Virus record (IMG/VR): IMGVR_UViG_2939201121_000002
Coordinates: 1 to 64,000 of that record
DNA: 64,000 nucleotides
Direction: 5' to 3' (one strand)
From: a virus
Lineage: Duplodnaviria > Caudoviricetes
In this document: in pieces, positions 41,446 to 50,676 of the stretch
Numbering within the stretch: position 1 is the stretch's first letter
Layout of the letters: each line of letters starts with the position of its first letter
Translations under genes and position numbers: made by a program
The notes under the pieces: model-generated
Seen by the model: only the letters and a program-made list of their open reading frames with translations
Database searches by the model: none
What the model was told of the DNA's origin: nothing

Positions 41446-41460
41446 TCCCTCACTCTCCGT
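41446..41460 (+). other. attR core, duplicated tRNA-Ser 3' end
   Basis: TCCCTCACTCTCCG matches a tRNA-Ser T-stem/acceptor 3' strand; preceded by GTGTCAA direct repeats at 41335-41352. Confidence 0.7.
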
Positions 41461-41889
41461 AAAGAGCCGAAAAAGTTTAAACTACTTTTTCGGCTCTCTT
41501 TTTACATATAAGCTCAAAACGCTGTCATATCAAGTATTTGAGACTACTTCATTAAATACATAGAAAACAAAATTTAACTATACTTAACTTAGTTTTTAAA
41601 ATTTTTGGTCACAATGTGGTTAATGGCAGGCATAAAAACCGCGAATTTAGTCACAAGGTTTGTATAATTTAGTCACAAGAGGTGAATTACCTCATTTTTT
41701 AACAATATCGGTAAGTTGGAAACCAGTTGAACAAGTAATATTTTGTATTAGATTTACATAAGCATTTCAAAGTACTTATGAAGTATTCACAAGTCACATC
41801 AGATCTTAGATGTTGCCTTGTGCCAGCTTGCATGAGTACATTTATCAATGCAGTAAATCCAATATACAAACCATTACTCAAAATTATTA

Positions 41890-42170
41890 GCACTTAATCA
41901 CTTCGAAAAGGGGGAAGTGATTAAGTGCTTTTTAATGTTAGTAACCAGTTTATTCTTAATTGATTTCAGTTAAATTGATTAAGCACCATCCTATAACAAC
42001 AAAGTGATTGTAATGTCTATTGACATATACAAACAATCACTACATAAGCCTGCTAAGGGTCAAGATGAACGAATTACATTCGCCCTGCACGCTTCTTCTT
42101 GTTGTTATTTGGATTAAGCAAATCAATAAATAACTGAAATCAAAACAAATTATTAAAAAAACTGGAGGGG
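41890..42170 (+). repeat. Structured repeat copy 1
   Basis: GCACTTAAT...ATTAAGTGC hairpin plus ~230-bp conserved branched fold-back ending in a GGAGG RBS. Confidence 0.9.
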
Positions 42171-42176
42171 TTCAGC

Positions 42177-42575
42177 ATGAACACAACACAATTCATTATT
42201 TATTCCGTAAATGACGTTAAGAAGGTAGCAGAAAATATCTCACTGTTTCAGAAAAAAGAATATGGAGATAATTCAAACGTCATAGAAATCATTGATGAAT
42301 TAATGAATAAAGGAAGATGCGATATTGCATATACGGAACTTGAAAATGGAGAAGGGGAAATTCAAGTATATTTAGACTTTAAAAACTTTAGACTTGTTAG
42401 GGAAATCACTTTTTATGAACTCCCTTTACCGATGATGATTAAAGAAATTCAAGATTTAGAATCGATAGAAGAAATGATATTAGAATCCGAAAATTTGAAT
42501 TTTGATGAATTAGTATCATGTAATGTTGATTATGCTGAATTGAATATAGAAGAATTGAAAAGTCTCACATTGTGA
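42177..42575 (+). CDS. Acidic hypothetical protein (132 aa)
   Basis: RBS supplied by the repeat; terminator at its 3' end. Confidence 0.75.
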   Translation: MNTTQFIIYSVNDVKKVAENISLFQKKEYGDNSNVIEIIDELMNKGRCDIAYTELENGEGEIQVYLDFKNFRLVREITFYELPLPMMIKEIQDLESIEEMILESENLNFDELVSCNVDYAELNIEELKSLTL

Positions 42576-42589
42576 GGCTTTTTTTATTT

Positions 42590-42871
42590 GCACTTAATCC
42601 TTCCATCCGATGATTGAAAGGATTAAGTGCTTTTCGTTATGGTAACCAGTTTATCCTTAATTGATTTCAGTTAAATTGATTAAGCACCATCGTATAGCAA
42701 CAAAGTGATTGTAATGTCTATAGTCATAAACAAACAATCACTACATAAGCTCGCTAAGGGTCAAGATGAACTCATTGCATTCGCCCTGCACGCTTCTTCT
42801 TGTGGCTATTTTGATTAAGCAAATCAATAAATAACTGAAATCAAAATCAAATTATTAAAAAAATGGAGGGG
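42590..42871 (+). repeat. Structured repeat copy 2
   Basis: Aligns end to end with copy 1. Confidence 0.9.
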
Positions 42872-42877
42872 TTCACC

Positions 42878-43093
42878 ATGAACTATCAAGAAATTAAAAA
42901 CATTTTAGAAAATAGTGAGGTCAAGGAAGTAGTGAAAGCTATATTTGCATATGAAACAGGTGAAAAAGATGAATCTTGTTTAAACTACTTAACAAATTAT
43001 TTTTTTGAGGGGGATATGGAAAGCTTTCTAGATTGTGAGATTAGAGAGTTACAAATGGAGTGGAACTGGCAACGAGCTGTAAATAAACAATAA
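42878..43093 (+). CDS. Acidic hypothetical protein (71 aa)
   Basis: RBS supplied by the repeat. Confidence 0.7.
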   Translation: MNYQEIKNILENSEVKEVVKAIFAYETGEKDESCLNYLTNYFFEGDMESFLDCEIRELQMEWNWQRAVNKQ

Positions 43094-43167
43094 AAAATTT
43101 TTAAATTTAATGAAAGGGGGTGATGCCTATGCTGATAAAAAATATATAAAGAAAGGGGGTGTTATCG

Positions 43168-43295
43168 GTGAACAGACTTGAACGAAAGAAGCGAGAACAA
43201 GATGAACAGTTTGAAAAAATAAAAGTCGTATTGAAAATTATCAATACGACTTAATAACAATCTGTAACTTCTTATTTCATGTTACACATGGATAG
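43168..43295 (+). pseudogene. Frameshifted homolog of the 40806 peptide
   Basis: MNRLERKKRE...INTT stop at 43254; the -1 frame continues LITICNFLFHVTHG. Confidence 0.5.
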
Positions 43296-43359
43296 GTTCT
43301 CACACATAGGGGTTGCCCCCCTATGTGTTCTTTCTTCATTATATCAAAGGAGGGATACG

Positions 43360-43437
43360 ATGAAAAGTGATTCAAAAAAAGTTTTAGTTATAATGGTAAT
43401 ATTAACTGTCATCAATGTTATTTTAGCGTTTTTATAA
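43360..43437 (+). CDS. 25-aa hydrophobic peptide
   Basis: AGGAGG RBS; MKSDSKKVLVIMVILTVINVILAFL. Confidence 0.55.
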   Translation: MKSDSKKVLVIMVILTVINVILAFL

Positions 43438-43456
43438 ATTACAAAATATTTGAAAA

Positions 43457-43731
43457 GCACTTAATTCATGTATAAATAAATAGACTAAGTGCTTTTCGTT
43501 ATGGTAACCAGTTAATTCTTAATTGCTTTCAGTTAGATTGATTAAGCACCATCCTATAACAACAAAGTGATTGTAATGTCTATTGTCATATACAAACAAT
43601 CACTACATAAGCTTGCTAAGGGTCAAGATGAACGAATTACATTCGCCCTGCATGCTTATTGTTGTTGTTATGTGGATTAAGCAAATCAATAAATAACTGA
43701 AAACAAAACAAAATTATTAAAAAAATGGAGG
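43457..43731 (+). repeat. Structured repeat copy 3
   Basis: Aligns with copies 1 and 2. Confidence 0.9.
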
Positions 43732-43739
43732 TCAAAATA

Positions 43740-43931
43740 ATGTTAGTTACTAAAGAAGAATTTAAAGCCTTAGATATCAAATCAGTATTTGAGAGTGGGA
43801 ATAACTTCATTAAAATAAAAGACGGTAAGCATGCAATCTATCATGTCAATGGGAAATATCAAGTTGTAGAAAGCGATAAACTTTATCCAACAAAGCGAAT
43901 ACCAAAATATATTAAAACAAAATTAGCTTAA
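43740..43931 (+). CDS. Small basic hypothetical protein (63 aa)
   Basis: GGAGGT RBS supplied by the repeat. Confidence 0.7.
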   Translation: MLVTKEEFKALDIKSVFESGNNFIKIKDGKHAIYHVNGKYQVVESDKLYPTKRIPKYIKTKLA

Positions 43932-44324
43932 AATAGTAAGGAGGAAATTAAAATGAAAAAGTGGTCTCAATCAATAATAAATCAAAAAATAACCATCACT
44001 AGCTTTGGAGAATGTGATGGTTATTTAACAGCCAAATATTAATCCACCGTCTTTTTAACGGTCTCACCAAGGCAAGGCACTTAATGTGTGTTGCCTTTTC
44101 TATTTATAAATTACCATATCAACTTCATTTTGTCTAATACATTAGATGAACCAATTCGAAAACAGCTTTCTACAATAGTATATGTAAAGTGATTTTTCGA
44201 TGCACGAGAATGCTGTATATACAATAAACAAAACTCAAGAATAATTATTTAAAAAAGAAGGATTCAGATGATGAATAAAAATGTTGCATAACGTAACAGG
44301 GTTTGATATAATTTTTTTGTAATG

Positions 44325-44491
44325 AAGAGACGGCCACTCGGGGCAGTCATAAAACAATATACCAGAGTTACAAGAGACGGCCACTCGGGGCAGTCATAAA
44401 ACAATATACCAGAGCGAAAAGAATCAATGATTATTGAAATATCATAATCATTGATTTAAGAAAAAGAGACGTTCATAGCGTCTCTTTTTTT
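44325..44491 (+). ncRNA. Type III antitoxin RNA (TenpI-like): two 43-nt identical repeats, period 47, plus terminator
   Basis: TTGCAT, 17 bp, TATAAT (44284-44312); repeats 44325-44367 and 44372-44414; AGAGACG/CGTCTCT terminator 44461-44491. Confidence 0.8.
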
Positions 44492-44510
44492 ATATAATTG
44501 GAGGATTATT

Positions 44511-44902
44511 ATGGATATTTTTTCTTTAAATCAAGCTTTTTTTAGTGAAAAATTTAAAAACAAATCCGAAGTAGAGCACAATAAAAATGGAACACGCCCT
44601 TATTACTATTCATTTAAGTATAACAATCAAAATATATGTATACCTTTAAGGTCAAACGCTAAAAAAACACCAAAACGTTTTAAATTGGGATTAAAACATC
44701 TGGAAAAAAATAGAATTGCTCCAGCTGTAGATTCAACTAAAATGATAATTTTAAGTGATCAGGAAATAGAGGAAAATAAAAGAGAAGTAGTAATGAATAG
44801 ACGGACATATAGATTTTTAGAAAAAAATGAAAGTTTAATAAAACAAAAGTTTAAAAACCACATAGACGATTATGTATCAACTGTTGCAAATGGAAATAGA
44901 GA
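44511..44902 (+). pseudogene. Type III toxin (TenpN-like), C-terminus replaced by IS21 sequence
   Basis: RPY...ICIPLRSN...D.TKMII motifs; the ORF runs into the IS end at 44903. Confidence 0.75.
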
Positions 44903-44963
44903 TGTCAATAGCGGTTTGAAAATGTTGTTTTATGGCGGTTTGAAAATGTCGTTTTTTAGCGGT

Positions 44964-45584
44964 TTAATAATGACGTATGTTTAAACTTTTTTCACTTTTA
45001 TAGTCTTTAAGTCGGTAGGAATCCCCTGTAATTTTAAATATTTTTGAATGGTGAATGAGTCTATCAATAATGGCTGCTGACGCTATTTTGTTACTAAATG
45101 AATCCCCCCAACTAGAAAAGGGGATATTCGTCGTTATGATTGTGGATTTCATTTCATATCTGAGTGACATCAATTGATAGAAGAGATCCGCCTGTTCTTT
45201 TGAGATGGGTGTATAGCCTATCTCATCAATGATAAGCAGTTCAATTCTGTTTAATTGTTTTAAAGTTTTATTGATTATTCCTTTCTTCTCTAGAAAATGC
45301 ATGGATTTTAATGTAAGTACTTCTTGTTTATTAATACTTGGTTGAAACGTAAAATCAAAGTCACTTAAATATTTAATCTTAGGGAAACGTGCTAACTGAA
45401 TAGCACGTTTAAATTTTTGTTCAGCTTGATATTCTACTTCCTTTTCCGTCAACTCAAGTAAAATTTCAGTTAAAGATTTTTGATTCTTGGATAGTGATTC
45501 TAAATACTTCGGATAATAGTCTTTAATCATTTTTAGATTGAGCTGTTGAAAGTTTTCTAATAGTTTTTGATGGTCTGTATACAT
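44964..45584 (-). pseudogene. istB: IstB ATPase with internal deletion removing Walker A
   Basis: FDFTFQP...MHFLE joins directly to KKGII...LLIIDEIGY; no GxxGxGKT. Confidence 0.8.
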
Positions 45585-45594
45585 ATCTGTTCTC

Positions 45595-46830
45595 CTATAC
45601 CTCGTCATATTTTAATAATGAATCTTCGATATAACTAAGAATTTCTTGATCGTCTTTATGCTTGAGTACATCAGACTTCAAGATCTCACACATATCTTCG
45701 GTAACATAATTGAATTTCTTTTCCGATAAATGATGCGTTCTAATTAACTCGGCATCAAAGTAGATTGATAACTCGTCAGTCAATTCATTAAAGATTAATT
45801 GAACCTCCTCTCCAATGAATTTTGTAGGTACTGAATATTTACCTTTTCTAAAATTAACCATCGACTCTTTAGAAACGATTCGAATGCATTCATCTTCGAC
45901 ATAGGTGTCTAATAACTGCATATTAAACGGGTTCAATAGATGTTTTTCTTCAGAATTGAATAAATCAATGGGATAGCAGTCAGTTGCTTGGGACATTTCG
46001 TTATGGTTCATTTCATGACAAAAGTGATTGACAAGACTGATAAGTTCAACAGCGTCATAAAATTCATAATCTTAGGGCCTTAAACGCTGTTCCACAAATT
46101 TAGCTAAAGATTCAACAGAGCCCTTGGTTTGTGGTCTATAAGGCCTACACGCGATGGGTTCAAAGTTTGCATCTTTACTAAATTGATGGAAAAGGGTGTT
46201 AAATACAACTTTTCTATATTGCGTTCTAGGACGATCAACGACCGTTTTCATATTATCAAACCATATCTCCTTAGGAACGCCCCCGGTGTACTCAAATGAT
46301 TCTTTCAAACATTGAAATAGTGTATCTTGTTTTCTATCCCAAGTTAATGTGATATACTTCATTTTTGAATAGTGTAGAACGTAAAGAAAGATATTGAATT
46401 GATAACGTTTGCCAAATTTATCATGCATGACCATATCTTCTTTCCAGTCTACTTGAGCAGCTATACCAGGGCGTGTTTCTACCCGTATAGTTGCTTTTTT
46501 AATTTCCTTCTCTTTCTTATTCTTACAATATTCTCTAAGAATCGTATACTTGCCTTCATATCCTTTTTTAGAAATATATTTAAAAATCGCCATAGCCGTA
46601 CAACCCAACTCTAATTTTTCGTCTATGAGCGTTTTATAAGGTTCTAATTTTGATACTCTCTTTGTCGTTTTCCTTGTTTTTAATTTTTTCAACTCATTTT
46701 CTTTCCCAGCCTCGTAATATTTTTTGACTGTCCTTGGATCGCAATGATACTGTCTACCTAGCTCAGCGTAATTTGGTTTTATGCCTTTCATAATGTAAAA
46801 TGACACTCCTTCGTATATATCATGTCTCAA
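45595..46830 (-). pseudogene. istA: IstA transposase with in-frame nonsense codon at 46072-46074
   Basis: QVDW, FDNMK, KGSVE motifs; the frame continues DYEFYD after TAA. Confidence 0.85.
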
Positions 46831-46952
46831 TCAAACAACCTCCATTCAAAGATTGAGTTAAGACATGATTATATATTTTAGAAAATAAAAAATGTAGGAA
46901 AAACAGCATTTTCATTCCGCCATTTTCCTACATTTTATAACCGCCATTTACA

Positions 46953-47205
46953 ATTGGCGCTCAGATAAATTTTTCTTATTTTTTATCACAAGCCAATCAT
47001 TGTAATACTCCTTAAATGTTTTATCATCAATTGCATTACCATCTTCTAAATCACGTATTAATTGTTGCGCTGCATTGACTGCTTCAGCTTTCGTTTTGAA
47101 TCCTGATTTTCGTTTTTTTCCTGACCTAAAAGAGGGGTGTTTGACGTCATATTGCCAAGACGATGTCGTTTTATTTTTACGTTTTGTTACTGTAAATGAT
47201 GCCAT
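46953..47205 (-). pseudogene. int: Integrase 5' fragment, near-identical to prophage 1 int
   Basis: MASFTVTKRKNKT...NLSERQ, truncated at the IS21 end. Confidence 0.92.
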
Positions 47206-47300
47206 TTTGTAGTTCCTCCTAAAAAAAGTAAAAAAATAAACATACTAAGATTAGCTGTGAAGAAATTTATGACGATAGATTTCTTCACAGCTATTTTTTA

Positions 47301-49168
47301 GTGCGCCCGGCATGGGTAACACCTTGACGGTGAAAGTCCGTTACAGGCTTGGTAGTAGGAACTGTTAGCGAAAGACAAGGGTGTCCATTGTGAAGTGGAA
47401 TCTGAAGGAAGTCGGACGCAAACACTCGCACTGACGAACAGAAACATCATACTAAGGCTATGTGGAATGGATGAATCTGCTAAACAAGATGAAGTCCTAT
47501 ACTACCCGAGTTCTATATAGTAAATGATGCGGTGACATGAGTGGAAAGGGGTTACACCTTACCCGGGGAGGTCTCATCAGCGGTATTTCTACCGTAGTAA
47601 CAACGAATGATGAGAAGTCAGCAGAAGTCATAGTAGGGAAAATGTACCGAAGGACTGAACAATATTCAATACAAAGTAAAGATTGGAGGTTATAGATTTA
47701 CGACGTACAGAATACGGTCTTAACCGGCAACTTATGGAAGGATAAGTAGTGGAACGAAAAAGAATACATAAGTGTGTACAGTAAATCTTAGGTGAAATGA
47801 AAGAAATGTATCGTAAGTCTTCATCTCTGATGGAGCTTGTTGTAAGACCTGACAACATAGAAAAAGCTATCAAGAAGGTAAAGAAAAACAAAGGTGCTCC
47901 TGGAATTGACGGCATGAAAGTCAGTGAACTCCATGCCCACTTTGCGCAATACTTTTCGCAGATAAAAAAGAAACTGCTTGATGGTACTTATCAACCTCAA
48001 GCAGTTCGAAAAGTTCAAATTCCCAAACCAAACGGGAAAATGCGTGTGCTTGGTATTCCTGTCGCTAGAGACAGAGTGATACAACAAGCGATTAGACAAG
48101 TGATTGAACCCGGCATCGACCGAACATTTTCAAATCATAGCCATGGTTTCAGACCTCATCGTAGCACAGGAACAGCACTTAAGCAATGTGCTGCCTATTA
48201 CGAAGAAGGCTATAAAATAGCTGTGGATTGTGATTTGAAACAGTGCTTTGACATGTTGAATCATGATAAGCTCATGTATTTGTTCGAACGCCACGTTCAA
48301 GATAAGTCAATTTCTAAATTTATCCGTAGAAGTTTACAAGTGGGTGCTATTGACCTATCTGGCGAAGTCGCAGAAAGAAAGATAGGTGCGCCACAAGGGG
48401 GCGTTATCTCTCCCTTACTATGTAATATCTATCTACATGAACTGGATAAAGAACTCGAAAAGCGTGGACACCGTTTTGTACGATATGCCGATGATTTTGT
48501 TATCTTTGTACGCACAAAACGTGCAGGCGAACGCGTAATGACGAGTGTAACGAAATTTATTGAAAAGCAACTGAAGTTGGTTGTCAATGAAGAGAAAAGT
48601 AGAGTCGGAGCAGTTACACGTTTAAAGTTTTTGAGTTGTCTAATAACCAAGGTCAATGGGGTTTATCGTTTCAGACCGACTACGGAAGCAAAAAGAAATT
48701 TAATACGCGCCTTAAGGAAAATAACGAAACGAAATAGACCCGGTACCTTTAAAGAGATTATCACTGAAATCAACCAAGTAACACGAGGTTGGATAAATTA
48801 CTTTGGCAGAGGTTTTATCAAAGGATTTATTGAAACTACGCAATCTTGGCTAAACCGCCGACTTAGACAACTCATTCTTAAACGGTGGAAAAGAGTAAGA
48901 ACTAAATATAAGATGTTACGCCAATATGGTCTTGACCATAGAAGTGCAATGAAAATCGCACAGTCTCGCAAAAAGTACTGGCGATTATCGAATACGCATG
49001 AGGTTCATCGTGCACTTACAACAAAACAACTCTACAAGTGGGGACTGATACCATTAGCCCAGCTTGCAGAGTTGGCTTACGCAAGGTATTGAACCGCCGA
49101 GTACGGAACCGTATGCTCGGTGGTGTGAGAGGACGAATAGTCAGTTAATGGCTATTCTCCTACTCGAT
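47301..49168 (+). mobile_element. Group IIC intron
   Basis: 5' GTGCG directly after a 15-bp hairpin plus T-run; DV GAACCGCCG...CGGTGGTGTG; DVI ending CCTACTCGAT. Confidence 0.92.
47797..49092 (+). CDS. ltrA: Group II intron reverse transcriptase/maturase (no endonuclease domain)
   Basis: APGIDG, RVLGIP, PQGG, YADD, RGWINYF. Confidence 0.95.
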   Translation: MKEMYRKSSSLMELVVRPDNIEKAIKKVKKNKGAPGIDGMKVSELHAHFAQYFSQIKKKLLDGTYQPQAVRKVQIPKPNGKMRVLGIPVARDRVIQQAIRQVIEPGIDRTFSNHSHGFRPHRSTGTALKQCAAYYEEGYKIAVDCDLKQCFDMLNHDKLMYLFERHVQDKSISKFIRRSLQVGAIDLSGEVAERKIGAPQGGVISPLLCNIYLHELDKELEKRGHRFVRYADDFVIFVRTKRAGERVMTSVTKFIEKQLKLVVNEEKSRVGAVTRLKFLSCLITKVNGVYRFRPTTEAKRNLIRALRKITKRNRPGTFKEIITEINQVTRGWINYFGRGFIKGFIETTQSWLNRRLRQLILKRWKRVRTKYKMLRQYGLDHRSAMKIAQSRKKYWRLSNTHEVHRALTTKQLYKWGLIPLAQLAELAYARY

Positions 49169-49312
49169 TAGTTGTAGAGAGAAGTAGATCGCGCAGTCCC
49201 TTGGATCTTTGAATCCGTAATGTAAACTGATCAGCTTTACTCTCCTTTTGAAATTCGATTGAAGTATGTTGGGTTTTAGAAACCGTGTATAGGAAAATGA
49301 AATGAAAAAGGC
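49169..49312 (+). ncRNA. Predicted IS110 bridge RNA target and donor loops (5' stem-loop at 47252-47293)
   Basis: AGTATGTT 49263 and TAGGAAA 49290 match the two sides of the circle junction TAGG-AA-ACATACT. Confidence 0.65.
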
Positions 49313-49352
49313 TAAGTAAAGTTAAAATCTTCTCAATTCAATAGAGAAAGGT

Positions 49353-50561
49353 ATGATTTTTATTAACTGTTTAGGTATTGATATCAGTAAGTCAGAAAGT
49401 GTGGTCGCACATTATAAGGATGAAGTTTTCGTTAAAGAATTGGTCATTCAAAATAATCAAAATGGCTATCGTTATCTTAAAAATTATATCAAGCATCTTG
49501 ATTCCCTGTTTATCCTCTTTGAATCAACAGGTGTTTATTCAAGAGGTATGAAACACTTTTGTGAAATTCACAAAATAAATTACTTAGAAATGAACCCCCT
49601 AGAAGCCAAGTTTAAAACAAATTCGTTAAGATCATGGAAAACAGATAAGTCAGACGCACATAAACTCGCACTTCTTGCCTTTAGAATGAAAGATTCAAAG
49701 GTACAACGTCATCCTGAAGAGATCTACTTTGAACTGAGAGAACGTGCGCGCTTTCACTTAGAAATGGAGATCAACCAAAATTGTCTCAAAGTTGAGTTAG
49801 TCGAAACACTACATCAAACATTTCCAGGGTTAGAAAAGTTATTTACTAACAGATATTCAAAAATCGCATTAAATATAGCTAAAGCATTTCCTCATCCTGA
49901 TTATGTAAGTATTTTGACTCATGATGAATTGGTGGAAAAAGTACTTCATTCAACTGATAAAGGCATTTCAATTAAAAAAGCGCACAAGTATGCCAAAAAA
50001 TTAATTGAAATAAAGAATAATAGTTTTCCGAATGTGCGCAAGTCTTCTTTCCTCCTACAAAAAGTCCAATACTTATGCGACAAACTGCTTATTGGGATAG
50101 AAGAAATGAAAGCATTTAATCAGGAAATGATTGATTTAGCTAAAAATACAACTGAGTTTGAAAATATTATTTCAATTCCTGGCATCGGAGAACTCACAGC
50201 TACATTGCTTATTGGGGAACTTGGAGATATTAGAGAATTCAAAACAAATAAACAACTGAATGCATTTGTAGGCATTGATATTAAACGTTACCAATCAGGA
50301 ACTTCAAAGAGTCGAGATACGATTAATAAAAGAGGAAATAAAAAAGCAAGGCGTTTATTGTATTTAATCACTATGAACATTCTTAGGGGAAGAAATCATT
50401 ATCAAAGCCATATTGTGGATTATTATTATAAATTAAGAGAGCAGCCTCATGGGAAACCCCACAAGACTGCCGTAATAGCGAGTATCAATCGCTTATTAAA
50501 GACCATTCACTACTTGATAGTCAATGATAAATTATATGATTATCAGAAAGCACCACACTAA
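49353..50561 (+). CDS. IS110 DEDD recombinase
   Basis: GIDISK, FESTG, KTDKSDA, SIPGIG, QSG. Confidence 0.95.
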   Translation: MIFINCLGIDISKSESVVAHYKDEVFVKELVIQNNQNGYRYLKNYIKHLDSLFILFESTGVYSRGMKHFCEIHKINYLEMNPLEAKFKTNSLRSWKTDKSDAHKLALLAFRMKDSKVQRHPEEIYFELRERARFHLEMEINQNCLKVELVETLHQTFPGLEKLFTNRYSKIALNIAKAFPHPDYVSILTHDELVEKVLHSTDKGISIKKAHKYAKKLIEIKNNSFPNVRKSSFLLQKVQYLCDKLLIGIEEMKAFNQEMIDLAKNTTEFENIISIPGIGELTATLLIGELGDIREFKTNKQLNAFVGIDIKRYQSGTSKSRDTINKRGNKKARRLLYLITMNILRGRNHYQSHIVDYYYKLREQPHGKPHKTAVIASINRLLKTIHYLIVNDKLYDYQKAPH

Positions 50562-50676
50562 CGAAACCACATAATCATATACATCATAACACCTTATTCA
50601 AAAAAGTAAAAATTGGACGGTCTAGTTCAGTAATGTCAATTTCACTTATTGAACCCTTGACAAATCGTAGGAATAA

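Larger units (their letters stand above)
1..41460. mobile_element. Temperate siphovirus prophage 1 (cos, HK97-type head), apparently near complete; attL lies left of the window
   Basis: Canonical staphylococcal gene order int-cI-cro-replication-rinA-HNH-terS-terL-portal-protease-capsid-tail-lysis, ending at an att-like tRNA 3' fragment. Confidence 0.95.
44903..46952 (-). mobile_element. IS21-family element, inactive
   Basis: Ends TGTCAATAGCGGTTTGAAAATG and (rc) TGTAAATGGCGGTTATAAAATG, with internal GCGG repeats; istA-istB. Confidence 0.9.
47238..50673 (+). mobile_element. IS110-family element carrying a nested group II intron
   Basis: Removing it restores AAAAATAATAAGGG as found upstream of int copy 1; no TSD; AA core. 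Confidence 0.8.

Noticed and set aside
41430-41460. Intact tRNA gene
   Set aside because: Only about 14 nt of the 3' end; upstream sequence cannot form D, anticodon or T loops
41699-41893. 64-aa minus-strand ORF
   Set aside because: No RBS, starts within the repeat hairpin, no recognisable motif
41890-43731. Classical integron attC cassettes
   Set aside because: No clear RYYYAAC/GTTRRRY attC architecture and no IntI; repeats lie upstream of genes and include the RBS
43953-44042. 29-aa ORF with a good RBS after the third cargo gene
   Set aside because: Too short and motif-free to call; may be a decayed gene
44325-44414. Possible mini-CRISPR array
   Set aside because: Two 43-bp repeats only 4 bp apart, no spacers and no cas genes; the layout fits a type III antitoxin
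47797-49092. RT as a retron, DGR or defence RT
   Set aside because: Flanked by a clear group II intron 5' end and domains V/VI; no TR/VR pair or msr-msd seen
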